DNA of 64,000 nt from Guillardia theta CCMP2712 (GCF_000315625.1 NW_005434537.1:80631-144630); one strand, 5' to 3'. Numbered from the stretch's first letter, positions 11,532 through 22,900 are shown. Made by a program: numbers and translations. The notes: generated by a model from the letters alone, not told the origin.

Positions 11532-13919
11532 CTGCGTGAAGTTGAAACCCGCGCTGTCGCGTTTGCTTCCCGCCACGCCAAGGAATCGCGTCCGGCCCTT
11601 GTCCTGGATCACCAGCTCGCTCTGGCACGCCGCGTCGACCAGCATGATTGTCGTCGCCCACGCGGGTTCCTTGGGCAGCGTGTAGGAGATTGTGTTCGTC
11701 AGCAGGATGTAGAGGAGGTTTAGGTTGCTGTTCTTAAGCCGGAAGACGCGATTGATCAGTTGTATGGTGCGCTGGAGAATCACAAGCGGTGTCTCCCACA
11801 TGCAGACGGAGGGGATGGCGCCCGCCTGCAGGATCTCGGTCAGCTGCGTCTCGAGCAGCTTTAGCACGCCGTCCTTCCCTGCGTCCTCCGCTAGCACCTT
11901 CAGCGCCCGCACCAGTCCGGCCTGCACGGGGGACTCGGAGACCGACGCCTGCTCGCTGATCCGATGGATTATCAGGTTCGCCGTCGAGACCACCGAGGTA
12001 TACTCCCTGCTCTTCAGCGCGATGTCGAGCATAACGGAGAACATGCGATTTGTGCTGTGGTGCTTCCCGATAGTCCGCAGGTAGGCGTCCTTGACCTCCA
12101 TCCCGGGCTCATCGCGCTGCTCCTCCACGTTGGAGATCATGTAGAAGGCCCACCTTGCCTCCGGAGAGCGCAGGTTCTCCAGGTGATTGGCCGAGCAGCG
12201 CAGGTTCTGCATCTCCTCCCGGAAGGCGTTCGAAGCCGCCAGCCTCGGGTCGCAGATCACGCGGAAGAGCGTCGCGAAGATGCAGTTGCGGGTCACGTCA
12301 CTGACGGACAGGCCATCCCTTAGCCAGTCCTCCCCCAGGTTCAGCGAGAAGGAGAACGTCGCCGGGGGGAGCGGGGCGCACACCACATCACCCCTCTCTC
12401 CGTCCTCGTTGCGCATGACGTACACGCCACGGAAGAGCGCGTCCACCTCCGCCACGATCTTAATTTGCTTCATCTTGGTAGTGGCCTTGCATTGGTTCAT
12501 CTTTTGCTCGATGATCCCGACGTAGCGCTGCACGTCCTTGTGGACGCATCCGAGGACGACCCTGCCGAAGCCCTCGGTGGCGACAGGGACGTCGCTGCTA
12601 AGGATCTCCAGCTCCCGGCCTACCGACCAGTTGTAGAGCATCATGCAAAGGAAGGAAGGAGCCGTGATCCAGTGCATCATCGTCTTGATATCACTATCCG
12701 AGAGCATGTTCCCCTTGTTCAGGCACTTGACCATGCCGTCCAGGATCGACCACACCGACTTGCGCACCCGCGGGCCCAGAGAGTTCATAGACTCGATGAA
12801 GGCGCTGTACGGATCCACCCCGCTCATGCTCCGGAGCAGCACCGACTGCGCGACAAAGATCTTCTCCACCCCAGAGCTGTCCTGGCATCTCACCATCCGC
12901 ATCTCCACGGAGGCGTCCAGTATACCCTTGCTGATCACAAAGTTCTGGTTGTTCTCTAGAAAGTTATCCACCACCAGCGTGTAATTCAATGTGCTAGTGT
13001 TGTAAGAGGCCGACAGCATCTCTTTCATGTCATCGGGAGAGAAGTTGTCGTCGTTCTCCATCTCCTTCAGCCGTTCGCCATTCGACGCTTGTATGATCTC
13101 CTTGAGCTGATAATGAAGACCCTCGATCTCCGAGCGGTTGAGCTTCACGCGCACCGAGTCCGCCTTGCTGCTCGCGTTGTCCCCCCGGTACTTCATCAGC
13201 GTCGTGTTGGTCTGCACCGTGAAGTTGGTGAGGCAGTGGCTCTTCCCGCCCTCGCTGATGTTGTGCGCCACACGGATCACGTCCAGGAGCCCGGGGTGCA
13301 GGTCCACCCCCTCCGTAATCACGGTGAACATCATGCTCGGCCCATCCGTCTCGAAGTGAAGCTGGTGAAAGCGGTTCAGCTTGTCGTAGCACGCGAGGGG
13401 CTTTGCACAGCTTCCGCCAATGGTGAAATCAGAGGTGAACTTGTTCCCCCACAGGCAGCTCCCAAACTCGTTGTTCTGAAGACGGGATATATCCTCGATC
13501 ACGCTCAGGAACTCGATCCTGTCCCACTGGAACGGTGGGATGTCGAAGAAGCACTCCTCCACCGTCTCTTGGGTGAAGCCCTTCGGTAGCTGGTTTTCGT
13601 TGCAGACAAACTGATTCGTCTGGATGTGCAAGGCGCTGAGCTTGCTGACCTGGATTTCCCTCTCCTCTTCAACCGTGAGCTCGGGCACCTTCGTCGAATG
13701 CACCCCGTCGTCCAGGTCTGCCTTTCTCTTCGTCCCCCTGTTGCTGCTCAAAATTTTGTGATTGGGTCTCACTGGGATCGGGGCCATGGAAGCCAACCTC
13801 AGTGCCGCGCTGCTTATACTCACCCCAGTGCTCGAAGCGGCATCGTCTTCGGGAACCGAGCTCTGCGACAGCAGGGCAGCATCCCCCATGCCCTCGCGTG
13901 GCGCTGCGACGGCTAACAT
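11532..13919 (-). CDS. Large viral protein, candidate N-terminal half of a split AAA+ helicase (ORF formally extends to 11463)
   Basis: 818-aa ORF with strong GC3 bias, ending in degenerate P-loop-like GSKRDSAGFNFTQ followed by CAG|GTGTGC. Confidence 0.6.
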
Positions 13920-14103
13920 GCCCGGATTACCGATTCGGGCGGGAAATAGGCGCCGACGGGCCGTAAGCTCAAATCCAAAAAAAAGTATAAAAAAACGTTA
14001 TGGGTCGCAACTATTTTTTTTGTAGCCGGATTGGAAGGTCGATCGCATCCGGAGTATTTACCCTCCCACGCCAATATACAAAGGAAAAAAAGAGCACGAG
14101 GAA

Positions 14104-14819
14104 ATGCACCTCACGCACACGGACAACCAGCAGAGGGTGGACCTTTGGAGGGGCGGGAGGGTGACGGACATTGAGATCTTCCTCGCAGCCAAGCCCTACC
14201 TGAACCGGAGGCTCGCGATTCACTATGGCGACGGGCAGTATGTGAGAGTTTTCGACGAGCCCGAGCTGAGCATAGTGAGCCGCATGCTCGCGGCCTACTA
14301 CAACTTCGAGAGCGACCGGGTCGAAGATCCGCTTTCCGACCCCTTCTACAAATCGAGCCTGTGGAACACATGCGTCTTTGCTCAGGAGCCTGATGGCTCT
14401 ATCATGCCAGTCGATGGCTCTAGGAAGAAGAACAGACAAGAGGAGGATGACCCAGGTGAGTCACATGGGTGTATTTATTCCGAATGCGACGAACACACAC
14501 CGAAATAATAGAGACGAGCATGGAGGCAGAGAGGGAGAGCGCGACAGACCTGGTGAGGGGAAAACTGCATGACATCATGCTCCCCGCAGCCCCGCTCAAG
14601 ACGACGCAGCTGCGCGAAAAGCTCATGGACCTCAACACCGACACATCCAAGATATGCTTAGAGTACCTTGATTCTTGCCAGAACGTCCGCATGATCGATC
14701 TCATGACCATATGCCACATACTGAATAGGGAGCAGCTCTACATCCTCGAGGACGAAGAGTCCGTTGTGGAGGAGGACTTCCTGCGGTCGCTGGAGAGCAT
14801 CGTGTCTATCGGAGAGTGA
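14104..14819 (+). CDS. Spliced hypothetical protein (219 aa; intron 14456-14511)
   Basis: CAG|GTGAGT donor and TAG acceptor, both phase 1, join ORFs 14104-14508 and 14469-14819. Confidence 0.75.
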
Positions 14820-14833
14820 CCATACAGGCGCCC

Positions 14834-16117
14834 TTAAACGCTGAACACCGCCGACTGGGCGATGAGAATGATGGCCAAAAACGCCTTGGAGAACGTGCTC
14901 AGCATATTGTAGGCATACTCCCGTCGGTAACCGGAGGCCTTATTTTCCTCATCCTGGATGAAGTGGAAGTAGATCTGCGCCGCGGCGAAGGTGAAGAAAA
15001 GAACTAACTCGAAAATATAGATAAGGAGTGGAAAGACTGTGTAGCTGAAAAGGTTCTTGTTATTGAGGCAGTTGAATTTCCCCATGTAGTCTCCAAAAAG
15101 GCTGTTGCCGATGTAGAACCATATCATCACGAATAAGTACATCCCGAATAAGAACGCCAGCCCCTTCACGTAATCCATTATCTTCTTCAGGTCCTTCGGG
15201 TCCACCCCCTGTGCCCCCCGTAATGCACTCATCTCACTCCCAATCGTCCTGTAAGCAGGCCTGACCACCGGCCCCTTCTGCCACGGCATGTTAAGCCGCA
15301 CGGGGACGATAACCGCGCTCGTGCGGTCGGAACCCCACACCCCCCTGAATGCCATCTCACTCTCTTCTGTGTTGTTGTTGTATTCTCCGGGCTCGATTTT
15401 CTCATCCGGAATGCTTTCCGTATCCTTCAAGTGGCACTCCTTCGAGGCCACGTAGTCCGCCGCCTCGACGACATACCCTAGGAAGCACATCACCGACTGC
15501 GCAAGGGACACGAAGGTCAGCACCCACACGTCCGTCGTCCCAGTGTAGAGGCAGATCACGATGATCATTGAGGAGGACGAGAGCGCGTACTCGATCCAGC
15601 GATCGTAGCGGGGCAGGCCCTTCTGAAGCGCGTCTATGAATGCACCCAACATGATCGCCCTGTAGAGATCGTGATACAGATGAAGAACAGGATGAAGAAA
15701 CTGACAGGGAAGAAGTACGTCTGCGAAGATCGTGATACAGATGAAGAACAGGATGAAGAAACTGACAGGGAAGAAGTACGTCTCCACCACCCTGGGCTGG
15801 TACATCCAGGGGTCGGAAGAGCCCCACCGCACCTCGTAAGGAGGCGGAGTATTGACACCACAGCGGTCCAAATCAGGATGGCTCCCCGCCTGCGGCACCG
15901 TGATCATGCTGGCATTCCACAGGAGCGGCACCGTGCGCGTCGTCGGGGGTGTGCGGATTCGATTCATCGCCAGAAGGACGATGAAAGCGATTAGAAGGAG
16001 TCCATGAATGAACGCATTGAACAGATTGCGGTTTCTGGAGTACCGCAACCTATCATCTTCTTTTACCTCTGCGCCCTCGAAAGCAAAGATCATCTTGAAA
16101 TCATTCCCCAACCCCAT
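14834..16117 (-). CDS. Heliorhodopsin
   Basis: TM1 NAFIH, TM3 RWIEYALSSSSM..GTTD, TM4 FLGYVVE, TM7 EYAYNMLSTFSKAFL with retinal-binding Lys. Confidence 0.88.
   Translation of the reverse strand: MGLGNDFKMIFAFEGAEVKEDDRLRYSRNRNLFNAFIHGLLLIAFIVLLAMNRIRTPPTTRTVPLLWNASMITVPQAGSHPDLDRCGVNTPPPYEVRWGSSDPWMYQPRVVETYFFPVSFFILFFICITIFADVLLPCQFLHPVLHLYHDLYRAIMLGAFIDALQKGLPRYDRWIEYALSSSSMIIVICLYTGTTDVWVLTFVSLAQSVMCFLGYVVEAADYVASKECHLKDTESIPDEKIEPGEYNNNTEESEMAFRGVWGSDRTSAVIVPVRLNMPWQKGPVVRPAYRTIGSEMSALRGAQGVDPKDLKKIMDYVKGLAFLFGMYLFVMIWFYIGNSLFGDYMGKFNCLNNKNLFSYTVFPLLIYIFELVLFFTFAAAQIYFHFIQDEENKASGYRREYAYNMLSTFSKAFLAIILIAQSAVFSV
15666..15783 (+). repeat. 57-bp direct duplication (period 61) inside the heliorhodopsin gene
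   Basis: agatcgtgatacag...aagtacgtct at 15666-15722 and 15727-15783. Confidence 0.95.
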
Positions 16118-16198
16118 ATGGTCACCTGCGATCCCTTCCTTCCCCACACTTACCCAAGCCCGCGTTTTATATGAAGTGAGTAACTCACAATACCCTCC

Positions 16199-17662
16199 TC
16201 AGTCAATCTTGAGCCCCGCGCTGAAGTCCACCGTTGGGAGCACCGCGTTCATCGGCTGGGAGAAGGCGAAATGCTGGTTGCCGCTCTGGTGCCCCTGCTG
16301 CTCCAGTCGTCTCCTCCGGAAGTCGTCGAACTCCGACCCAGTAGGGTCGTAGTTGAAGACCGAGCCCACCATCATGATGAACTGGAGGGTAAGCACACTG
16401 CTGAGGAAGTAGAGGTGAGGGTACGTGTTGACGTGGCCGGAAACCCCCGGAGCGAAGAGCCTCTCCCTGTGGCCGAGCGCCGCGTCCTGGTCCCTGAACA
16501 AGAAGAGCAGCAGCGCGGTCATCTGGAGGGCGAGGTTCATTAGGATGTAAATCGGCACTGTCATCGGGTATTTTGTCAGCGGGAAGTGCTGGTACCCATA
16601 GTCGCCCAGGGCCTGAAGCAAGAAGCAGACCACCAGGGACCCGTTCATGATCCCGAACACGAGGTAGAATTGGTTCCAGATCCCATAGCGGTCACCCGTT
16701 TCGGCCATCCAGGGCGTCGACCTCACGTCACACACCACCGTGCCGTGATTGGCCGCCATCTGCAGCAGCAGTGTCATCGCCGTGAGGTGGAAGGTGAAGC
16801 TCGTGTGGACGAAGACGCGGTTGCCCCTCGTCCTCATGGTCGTCGCGGCGGAGAGGAAGAGGTAGAGCAGCACGATGATGGTCAGCAGCACCGTCCAGAG
16901 TACAAAATAAAGGTCCTGCCACGGAAACATGACCGGGAACAGCAGCTTGGCCAGCTGCTCGTTCACCGAGAGCGTATCTCTCGCCCCAATGACCAGAGAA
17001 CCGTAGAAGATCCATGTGACGGTCACCGCCAACACCGCCGTCAGCGCCCCGTTGACGACGGACTGGAAGCGGTGGTCCGTGATCTTCATCTTGTTTTCGA
17101 CGAAGGTGGCCAGCACCATGCCTACCACCATCAGCGCCGTGGCCAACGCGACCGAGCCCAGCGCCCAGAACGTCAGCGTGGGCACCGAGCCCGTGGGGTT
17201 GCTGGTGAAGCCACCCAGGGCAGTAAAGGTGGCATATGTGAAGAGCACCAAGACAGAGATCTCCACCACCCATACAAAGATCCGAGAGGGGGCGAAGGTG
17301 CGGTTGACCTTGTCCAGCGCCTCATCTAGTTTCATCTCCTCTTTCTCCATACCCAGCTCGTCATCCATGGAAGGATCATTGATGGGAGCATTCATGGGAG
17401 CATTCAGGGGGGTGTTCAAAGAAGTATTCATGGAAGCCATAAGAACTCTGTCCCGAGGGCGCCGGATCCTTGGAAACAGCGCACCGAGGTTGGACTTCAT
17501 GGGATCTTCGGACAGGGCCGTTTCCGGCTGGGGCGGGGTGTTCCGTTTTCGGGTGTACTGTAAGGGAATGCGTAGCACGCCAGGTGACGTCGGGTGCGAC
17601 CTTCGGCGGAGGACCAGTTTCCCGGGCACCACCTCCTCGCGCGGGAGCCCACCACCCTGCAT
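16199..17662 (-). CDS. Polytopic membrane protein (about 8 TM segments; start at 17662 or 17500)
   Basis: 487-aa ORF with multiple hydrophobic helices and GC3 bias. Confidence 0.75.
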   Translation of the reverse strand: MQGGGLPREEVVPGKLVLRRRSHPTSPGVLRIPLQYTRKRNTPPQPETALSEDPMKSNLGALFPRIRRPRDRVLMASMNTSLNTPLNAPMNAPINDPSMDDELGMEKEEMKLDEALDKVNRTFAPSRIFVWVVEISVLVLFTYATFTALGGFTSNPTGSVPTLTFWALGSVALATALMVVGMVLATFVENKMKITDHRFQSVVNGALTAVLAVTVTWIFYGSLVIGARDTLSVNEQLAKLLFPVMFPWQDLYFVLWTVLLTIIVLLYLFLSAATTMRTRGNRVFVHTSFTFHLTAMTLLLQMAANHGTVVCDVRSTPWMAETGDRYGIWNQFYLVFGIMNGSLVVCFLLQALGDYGYQHFPLTKYPMTVPIYILMNLALQMTALLLFLFRDQDAALGHRERLFAPGVSGHVNTYPHLYFLSSVLTLQFIMMVGSVFNYDPTGSEFDDFRRRRLEQQGHQSGNQHFAFSQPMNAVLPTVDFSAGLKID

Positions 17663-17738
17663 TTCATGTCTACACTTACTTTACTAATTTTAATAGGCAC
17701 ACACCCACGTTAGCAACACACAAGTTACACAAATCAAA

Positions 17739-18939
17739 TTATACACAGGACTTGACACACTCCTTGACTGTCTCCATCGCCCGGAACGCATACTGTTCGC
17801 ACTCGAGCGTCCAATGCAGGCGGCTCTTGAAGGACACACGGACGCACAGGATGCCCCTCCGCGTCAGGGTGCAGTTGAATGTACTGCAGTTGTCGACCCA
17901 CTTGCGCGGGAGGTCGGGGAACATGCCGGGCATGTCCTGCACGCTGAAGATGATGACGTTGTAGTGCTGCTCGGTGCGGCACATGAACCGGACGCAGTCG
18001 GGCCATCGCATGTTGAACAGGCGCTGCAGCATGCCCATCTCCGAAGTGTCCACATACCGGCCGACGTGGCAGTTGGCCCCGATCATGTTGACGGTGATGA
18101 CGGGCTCCGAGCACAGCTCCTCCACCAGCGAAGACTGCAGCGTCGCAACGACATCCCGGGTGCTCCTGAACCCCCTGAAGAGCACGCTGGGCATCCCATC
18201 CTGATGCTGCAGGTTGCCGCTCAGGTGGTAGAGGTTGGACATGCGCCCGAAGCAGTTGACGTACACATCCAGGCACGCCCTGTACTCCGGCTTGAAGACG
18301 TCTTTCGTCTTGACGTTCGTGCTGCAGGAAACACCCCGAAGGTCCATCTTCCCACTCATGTTGTGGACGCGGAAGGATGACTCCTCCTGGTGGAAGTACT
18401 GGCTCGTCATGAGATCGTAGAAAGGGCCCCAGGCGACCAGGGCCTGCGGAACGTCCCCGTTGCTGAACCCACCGGTCATATCGATGTCCAGGCCCACCGT
18501 GTAGCCATCCTTACCCTCGGAGCCCTGCACCGTCGCCTGCAACTGCAGGCCGCCCACCTCCACGCGGAAGGCCGTCGCGTCATCCCTGGCCCACACCCTC
18601 CTGTAGATCCTCATCGTCCCCCCCATGTTGAAGACGAGGACGTATTGCGCGTTCTTGCCCTGCGCATCCACCTTCCGCTCACCGTGGCTGGTCTTCAGGC
18701 GCTTCCGAAAACATGACCTCGCGGACAACCTTGTCGTATCGGAGGCAAGATCCAAGGAAGCACCGAGACGCACAGTCCCACCTCGCATCCTCCACCGTCA
18801 CAAGGGCACCGGTCGGGTTGAAGAGGGAGAAGTGGACCGGCTCGGAAACCAGGACCTCCACCACGCTCAGCTCACCGCGTGGCGCCAGGACGATGCGATG
18901 CAGCCCCACCCAGCGGAGGATCTGCCCCTGCAATTCCAT
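17739..18939 (-). CDS. Hypothetical protein with possible divergent TBP-like C-terminal region; frameshift near 18710
   Basis: MELQGQILRW... frame joins the 349-aa ORF if one T is removed from a T4 run; VNMIGANCHVG..VD and TFNCTLTRRG weakly resemble a TBP repeat. Confidence 0.5.
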
Positions 18940-19088
18940 AGGGGCGCAACGCGCGTTACCCCTCCCTGCACGCCGCCCCTCCCAGCACCCCTCCCCTACT
19001 TTTTTTTTTCCAAACCAAACCCGACCAAAAAAAAAAGCGCGGGAAAGCGGGCCCGTGAAGGGTTCCTTGGCGCCCAACCCATGGGGGG

Positions 19089-19442
19089 ATGCGGTCTTTT
19101 GTGATCTTCCTTTGCATGTGCCTTCTGTGTGCTCCATCCAGAAGCTGCCACGTCCTGGTCAAGGGCATATCGACGGTCCTGCGCGAGAACATCGTCTACA
19201 GCAAGCGTGAAATGCGCCAGTGCCTAAACCATATCATCCACTGCCCGCACTGGCACCGCAACTGCAAGGAGAACGCACACCACCAGAGGGTGCTGCTGCA
19301 GCCAGAGAGCATCGACTTCCTCGTAAAATCGGGATTGTATGCAGAGCTCATGGAGCTGGGTATCCGGGGAGGGCATCCTTCCCCGAATTGTGACAAGCCC
19401 CTTTCACACTGCAGGCCTCCCCAGGGCCCGTCCCCCGCCTAG
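19089..19442 (+). CDS. Small Cys/His-rich hypothetical protein, possible signal peptide
   Basis: 117-aa ORF with codon bias, fills an intergenic slot. Confidence 0.5.
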   Translation: MRSFVIFLCMCLLCAPSRSCHVLVKGISTVLRENIVYSKREMRQCLNHIIHCPHWHRNCKENAHHQRVLLQPESIDFLVKSGLYAELMELGIRGGHPSPNCDKPLSHCRPPQGPSPA

Positions 19443-20084
19443 GGTCCAGGCGGGCATCGCCAGGCGGTTGGCGTGGAGATTCTGACCTATGTGTAACGAC
19501 GCGTTCGTGGTCTTCTTGTCTTCCGCCTTCACGTCGGTCTTGGGAGAATGGCTGGGAGAATGATTGCCCAGAAGGAATACCATCAGCACCCCAGACACCG
19601 ATATCACCAGCAGGACCTGGAACACGACGAGCTCCACCTCCCGCATGTTCTGCCGCGTCACGAACCTCCTGCTCACCGGGTCGTACACCACCTGCACGTC
19701 GTTGTAGAAGTCGGCGTCGTGCAGCGTCTGCGAGTGGAAGTTCCCCATGACTGCCAGGAGTACCAGCCTCACCAACTCCCCGTCATGGAAGAGACTCGCG
19801 TTGCGGATGTCCTCCAAACTGCCCAAGGAGGAGAAGTTCCCGGAAATCGACAGCAGCTCCCCGTACACCGCGGAGAGCACCACCGGGTCGACGGAGCTCT
19901 GCACCGTGCTCCCGTCCCGCACCACGAAGATCCTCTGCACCTCCGACACCACCACGGGGGACAGAGTGCCGAAGAAGGACGACGGGGTTGCCTGCGATGC
20001 AGCACCGGAGTCGACAGAGAGGCAGAGCAAAAGCAGAATAAAGAAACCTTGCATCCACACCAAACAAAATACACCAAGTCGCAT
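19404..20084 (-). CDS. Type I membrane protein (signal peptide plus one TM)
   Basis: Hydrophobic N-terminus, TM LVVFQVLLVISVSGVLMVFLL. Confidence 0.7.
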   Translation of the reverse strand: MRLGVFCLVWMQGFFILLLLCLSVDSGAASQATPSSFFGTLSPVVVSEVQRIFVVRDGSTVQSSVDPVVLSAVYGELLSISGNFSSLGSLEDIRNASLFHDGELVRLVLLAVMGNFHSQTLHDADFYNDVQVVYDPVSRRFVTRQNMREVELVVFQVLLVISVSGVLMVFLLGNHSPSHSPKTDVKAEDKKTTNASLHIGQNLHANRLAMPAWTLGGGRALGRPAV

Positions 20085-20237
20085 CCTATTTGGCTTAAAT
20101 GCGGGCTGCCATATAAGATGTTATTATGGGCGTGAGGTAAAGGAAGATGGACCCACCTACTGCAGAACCAGTCTATCCACCCCAACAACTAATGATTCAC
20201 AACCATCACATTTACCATCACACGGTTGACCAGTCTC

Positions 20238-20725
20238 ATGAAAACAGCAATGTTCTCCTTCAATCCATCTTATGTTGTCTCTTCTTTGGCTGTCCATGGA
20301 ATTTGCTCCTTTGCCAAGCGGAACCCACCAGGAGACGTACAATCTCGGTGCATCAAACTCACTATAATCAATACCCGCACAATCAATAAAAAAAGAGTAT
20401 ATCCACCTACATCGTTGTCCCATTCCTTGCCCACCCCATCCCTCACCCTCCCTCCAACACGTCTTCGCAGCCTAGGCCAGAGAGGCGGGGCCCAGTGAAC
20501 CCCATCCTGCGCCACCTGCTCACCGAAGCCTCCGGGATCAAGAGCGCCAGGGTCGAGGAGCACGTCAGGCTCGTCCAGGAGCGCAAGCGACAAGAACTCC
20601 GCGACTACATCATCGTCTGCATCCAGAGGCTCGACCCCCAGAGGCCCTCCCTCCTCCCGCCTCCCGACCACCACTCCAACGTGCACGCCATCATGGAGGA
20701 GACGCTCCGGAGGTGGAAGGATTAA
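20238..20725 (+). CDS. Small probably spliced protein (intron 20397-20470)
   Basis: AGA|GTATAT donor, pyrimidine-rich intron, TTCGCAG acceptor, phase 0 joins ORFs 20226 and 20495. Confidence 0.5.
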
Positions 20726-20756
20726 TAGAGAATAAGACAAGAAGACACCACAGGAA

Positions 20757-21254
20757 ATGCTCGCCTTCGACATCGAGACCATGGGCCTCAGCATGCACCA
20801 CCACGAAATCACTGTCGCCGCCGTCTACGACCCAACCAAGGGCATCCGCCACTGCTACAACTTCTACAGGCACCGCCACGACCGCACCAGGTGGCAGCGC
20901 GAGGTGGACGATTTCCTACGCATCCTCGACGAGGCCCGCACCCTCTGCACCTTCAACGGCATCCGTTTCGACATCCCCTTCATCCAGACACAGTTCAAGG
21001 TCGACCCGGAGAGGGTGGGCCGCTGGGTGCTCAAGACCGTCGACCTCTTCCACCGCTGGAAGCTCCTCCGCGACCACACCTTCTCCCTCGACAAGCTCCT
21101 CATCGCCAACGGCCTCCCCGTCAAGACATCCAAGGGCTGCTTCGCCATCGATATGGCCAGGCAGCAGCGCTGGGACGAGCTTGAGGACTACTGCATGAAC
21201 GACACCGTCCTCACCCACCTCGTCTCGTCCAAGGAGAGGCTCGTCATACCCTGA
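20757..21254 (+). CDS. DEDD/DnaQ-like (RNase H fold) 3'-5' exonuclease
   Basis: ExoI AFDIET, ExoII TFNGIRFDIPF, SLDKL, ExoIII YCMNDT. Confidence 0.88.
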   Translation: MLAFDIETMGLSMHHHEITVAAVYDPTKGIRHCYNFYRHRHDRTRWQREVDDFLRILDEARTLCTFNGIRFDIPFIQTQFKVDPERVGRWVLKTVDLFHRWKLLRDHTFSLDKLLIANGLPVKTSKGCFAIDMARQQRWDELEDYCMNDTVLTHLVSSKERLVIP

Positions 21255-21296
21255 AGTTATTAAAATTCGAACTTTATTCTCGTGTACGTACAAGCT

Positions 21297-22547
21297 CTAC
21301 TTGGAGTACTTCTTGGAAAGCATAACCTTGTGCTGATAGTCGAACTCAGAGATCCAGTAATTGAACAACACCGTCTCAATTGCCTCTCCGGTGTTGTTCT
21401 TCTTGAACTCCTCTGTGTACACCTCCGACCCGTCGGCCCTGCGCTTGTTCCCCGGATTGGACGGTTTCCAGCCAACAGCCCTGAAGTCCACAAAATGCTG
21501 GTCCTTCTCGCTGAGCAGCACAAGCCATTCTAGCTTCTTGATCCTCTTTTCCTGCAACTTCCAATCATCGAGAGTTGGGGTGGGAGCACAAATGATTTCG
21601 ATGAACTTTCCCAGAACAGAACCATGAAACTTCATAGGCTTTAGCATTCCTTTCCAAAGCATCTTGAAGGTCTTGTGTACAAACTTGTCATCGAGCGACA
21701 CGTTGTTCAGGATACGGAAGAAATGGCACCACGTCTTTGCATCGTTCGTACTCTTGTAGAGAGCTTTCAGTCCTTTTTCCTCACCGGTCAGCTCTTTGTT
21801 CTTCACCCTGAGGACAGATGCCAGGAACATGGAGACACCAACTTTGACGTAGGTATTCTCGTAGCAGGGAACATCTGGCTTCTCCTCGTTCGATCGAAGG
21901 ATGTCCAACATACCCAGGATAACATCCCTGGCAAGCTTATTGCGCAGCTCCTTGCACTTCGCGACCTGCTCATCCGGCGGGGCATCGTTGACCTTGGAGA
22001 CATATATCCAGGCTATCTCGGTCATCTCATTCAGATTCTTGTACTTGGCCACGGTCACTTTGTTCACAGCGTCATCGTCGGTAGGATCAACACCCGTATT
22101 CTCACGGATAGAGATGATGTAGTTGCGATATGAAATTTTGCAATCTGTCTTGATCTGCTCAAACTTTTCCCAGCACATCTTTCCAAGCTGGTCAAAGTCG
22201 ATCTCATACTCTGGTTCAAACTCCACTTCCTGCCATTGCTGGAATACCGGCGACTGACCCTGCTGACCCTCTGCGGAGTAACCGTCCTCTGGAGTTGGTG
22301 TCTCTTCATCTTCTTCCAACACTTGCGTCTCCTTATCGTCTTCCTCCTCCAGAATCTGCGTCTCGTTATCCAAATCCACCATCTTCTCACTGACGGGAGA
22401 AGGACTTGGAGTCGGGGTCGGTGGTATGATGTAGCACTGCTTCTTCATTTCATAGGGTATCTTATCGACGTAATCCCTAGGATCAAATCCCTGAAGCTCG
22501 ATCTTGTAATCGTACAACGAAAGGTCTAGCAAGATATTGATAAACAT
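21297..22547 (-). CDS. Hypothetical protein with acidic N-terminal region (416 aa)
   Basis: Long ORF from MFINILL; upstream TATTTAAA. Confidence 0.7.
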   Translation of the reverse strand: MFINILLDLSLYDYKIELQGFDPRDYVDKIPYEMKKQCYIIPPTPTPSPSPVSEKMVDLDNETQILEEEDDKETQVLEEDEETPTPEDGYSAEGQQGQSPVFQQWQEVEFEPEYEIDFDQLGKMCWEKFEQIKTDCKISYRNYIISIRENTGVDPTDDDAVNKVTVAKYKNLNEMTEIAWIYVSKVNDAPPDEQVAKCKELRNKLARDVILGMLDILRSNEEKPDVPCYENTYVKVGVSMFLASVLRVKNKELTGEEKGLKALYKSTNDAKTWCHFFRILNNVSLDDKFVHKTFKMLWKGMLKPMKFHGSVLGKFIEIICAPTPTLDDWKLQEKRIKKLEWLVLLSEKDQHFVDFRAVGWKPSNPGNKRRADGSEVYTEEFKKNNTGEAIETVLFNYWISEFDYQHKVMLSKKYSK

Positions 22548-22642
22548 TTCGATGCGTGACCCGACCGCTACACCAGGCTTTAAATACACTCTCTGTCTAT
22601 TTAAAAAAAAAAAACAGAAAAAAACCAACAGAAAAAAAAATA

Positions 22643-22900
22643 ATGCCCACCCTCCCGGACACCCTCCGCGCAGCCACCCTCCTGGCCTCCTTCGGCCTCT
22701 TCGTCGTGCTCCCGCTCTACACCCCGCTGGGGATCGCCCCCGCCATCGCCGGGGCCCTGCGCAACCAGGCGGGTCTCGACGCCTCCCAGTCCGGCCTCTA
22801 CCGTAACGTCTACATCTCCACCGTGGGCCTCTTCGTCCTCTCCCTCTACGTCACCGGGTGCAAGTTCATAAACCCTTCATTGGAAACAAAAGATAATTAG
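22643..22900 (+). CDS. Small membrane protein (may have a second exon ~22901-22981)
   Basis: MPTLPDTL..., two hydrophobic segments, C-ending codon bias. Confidence 0.55.
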   Translation: MPTLPDTLRAATLLASFGLFVVLPLYTPLGIAPAIAGALRNQAGLDASQSGLYRNVYISTVGLFVLSLYVTGCKFINPSLETKDN

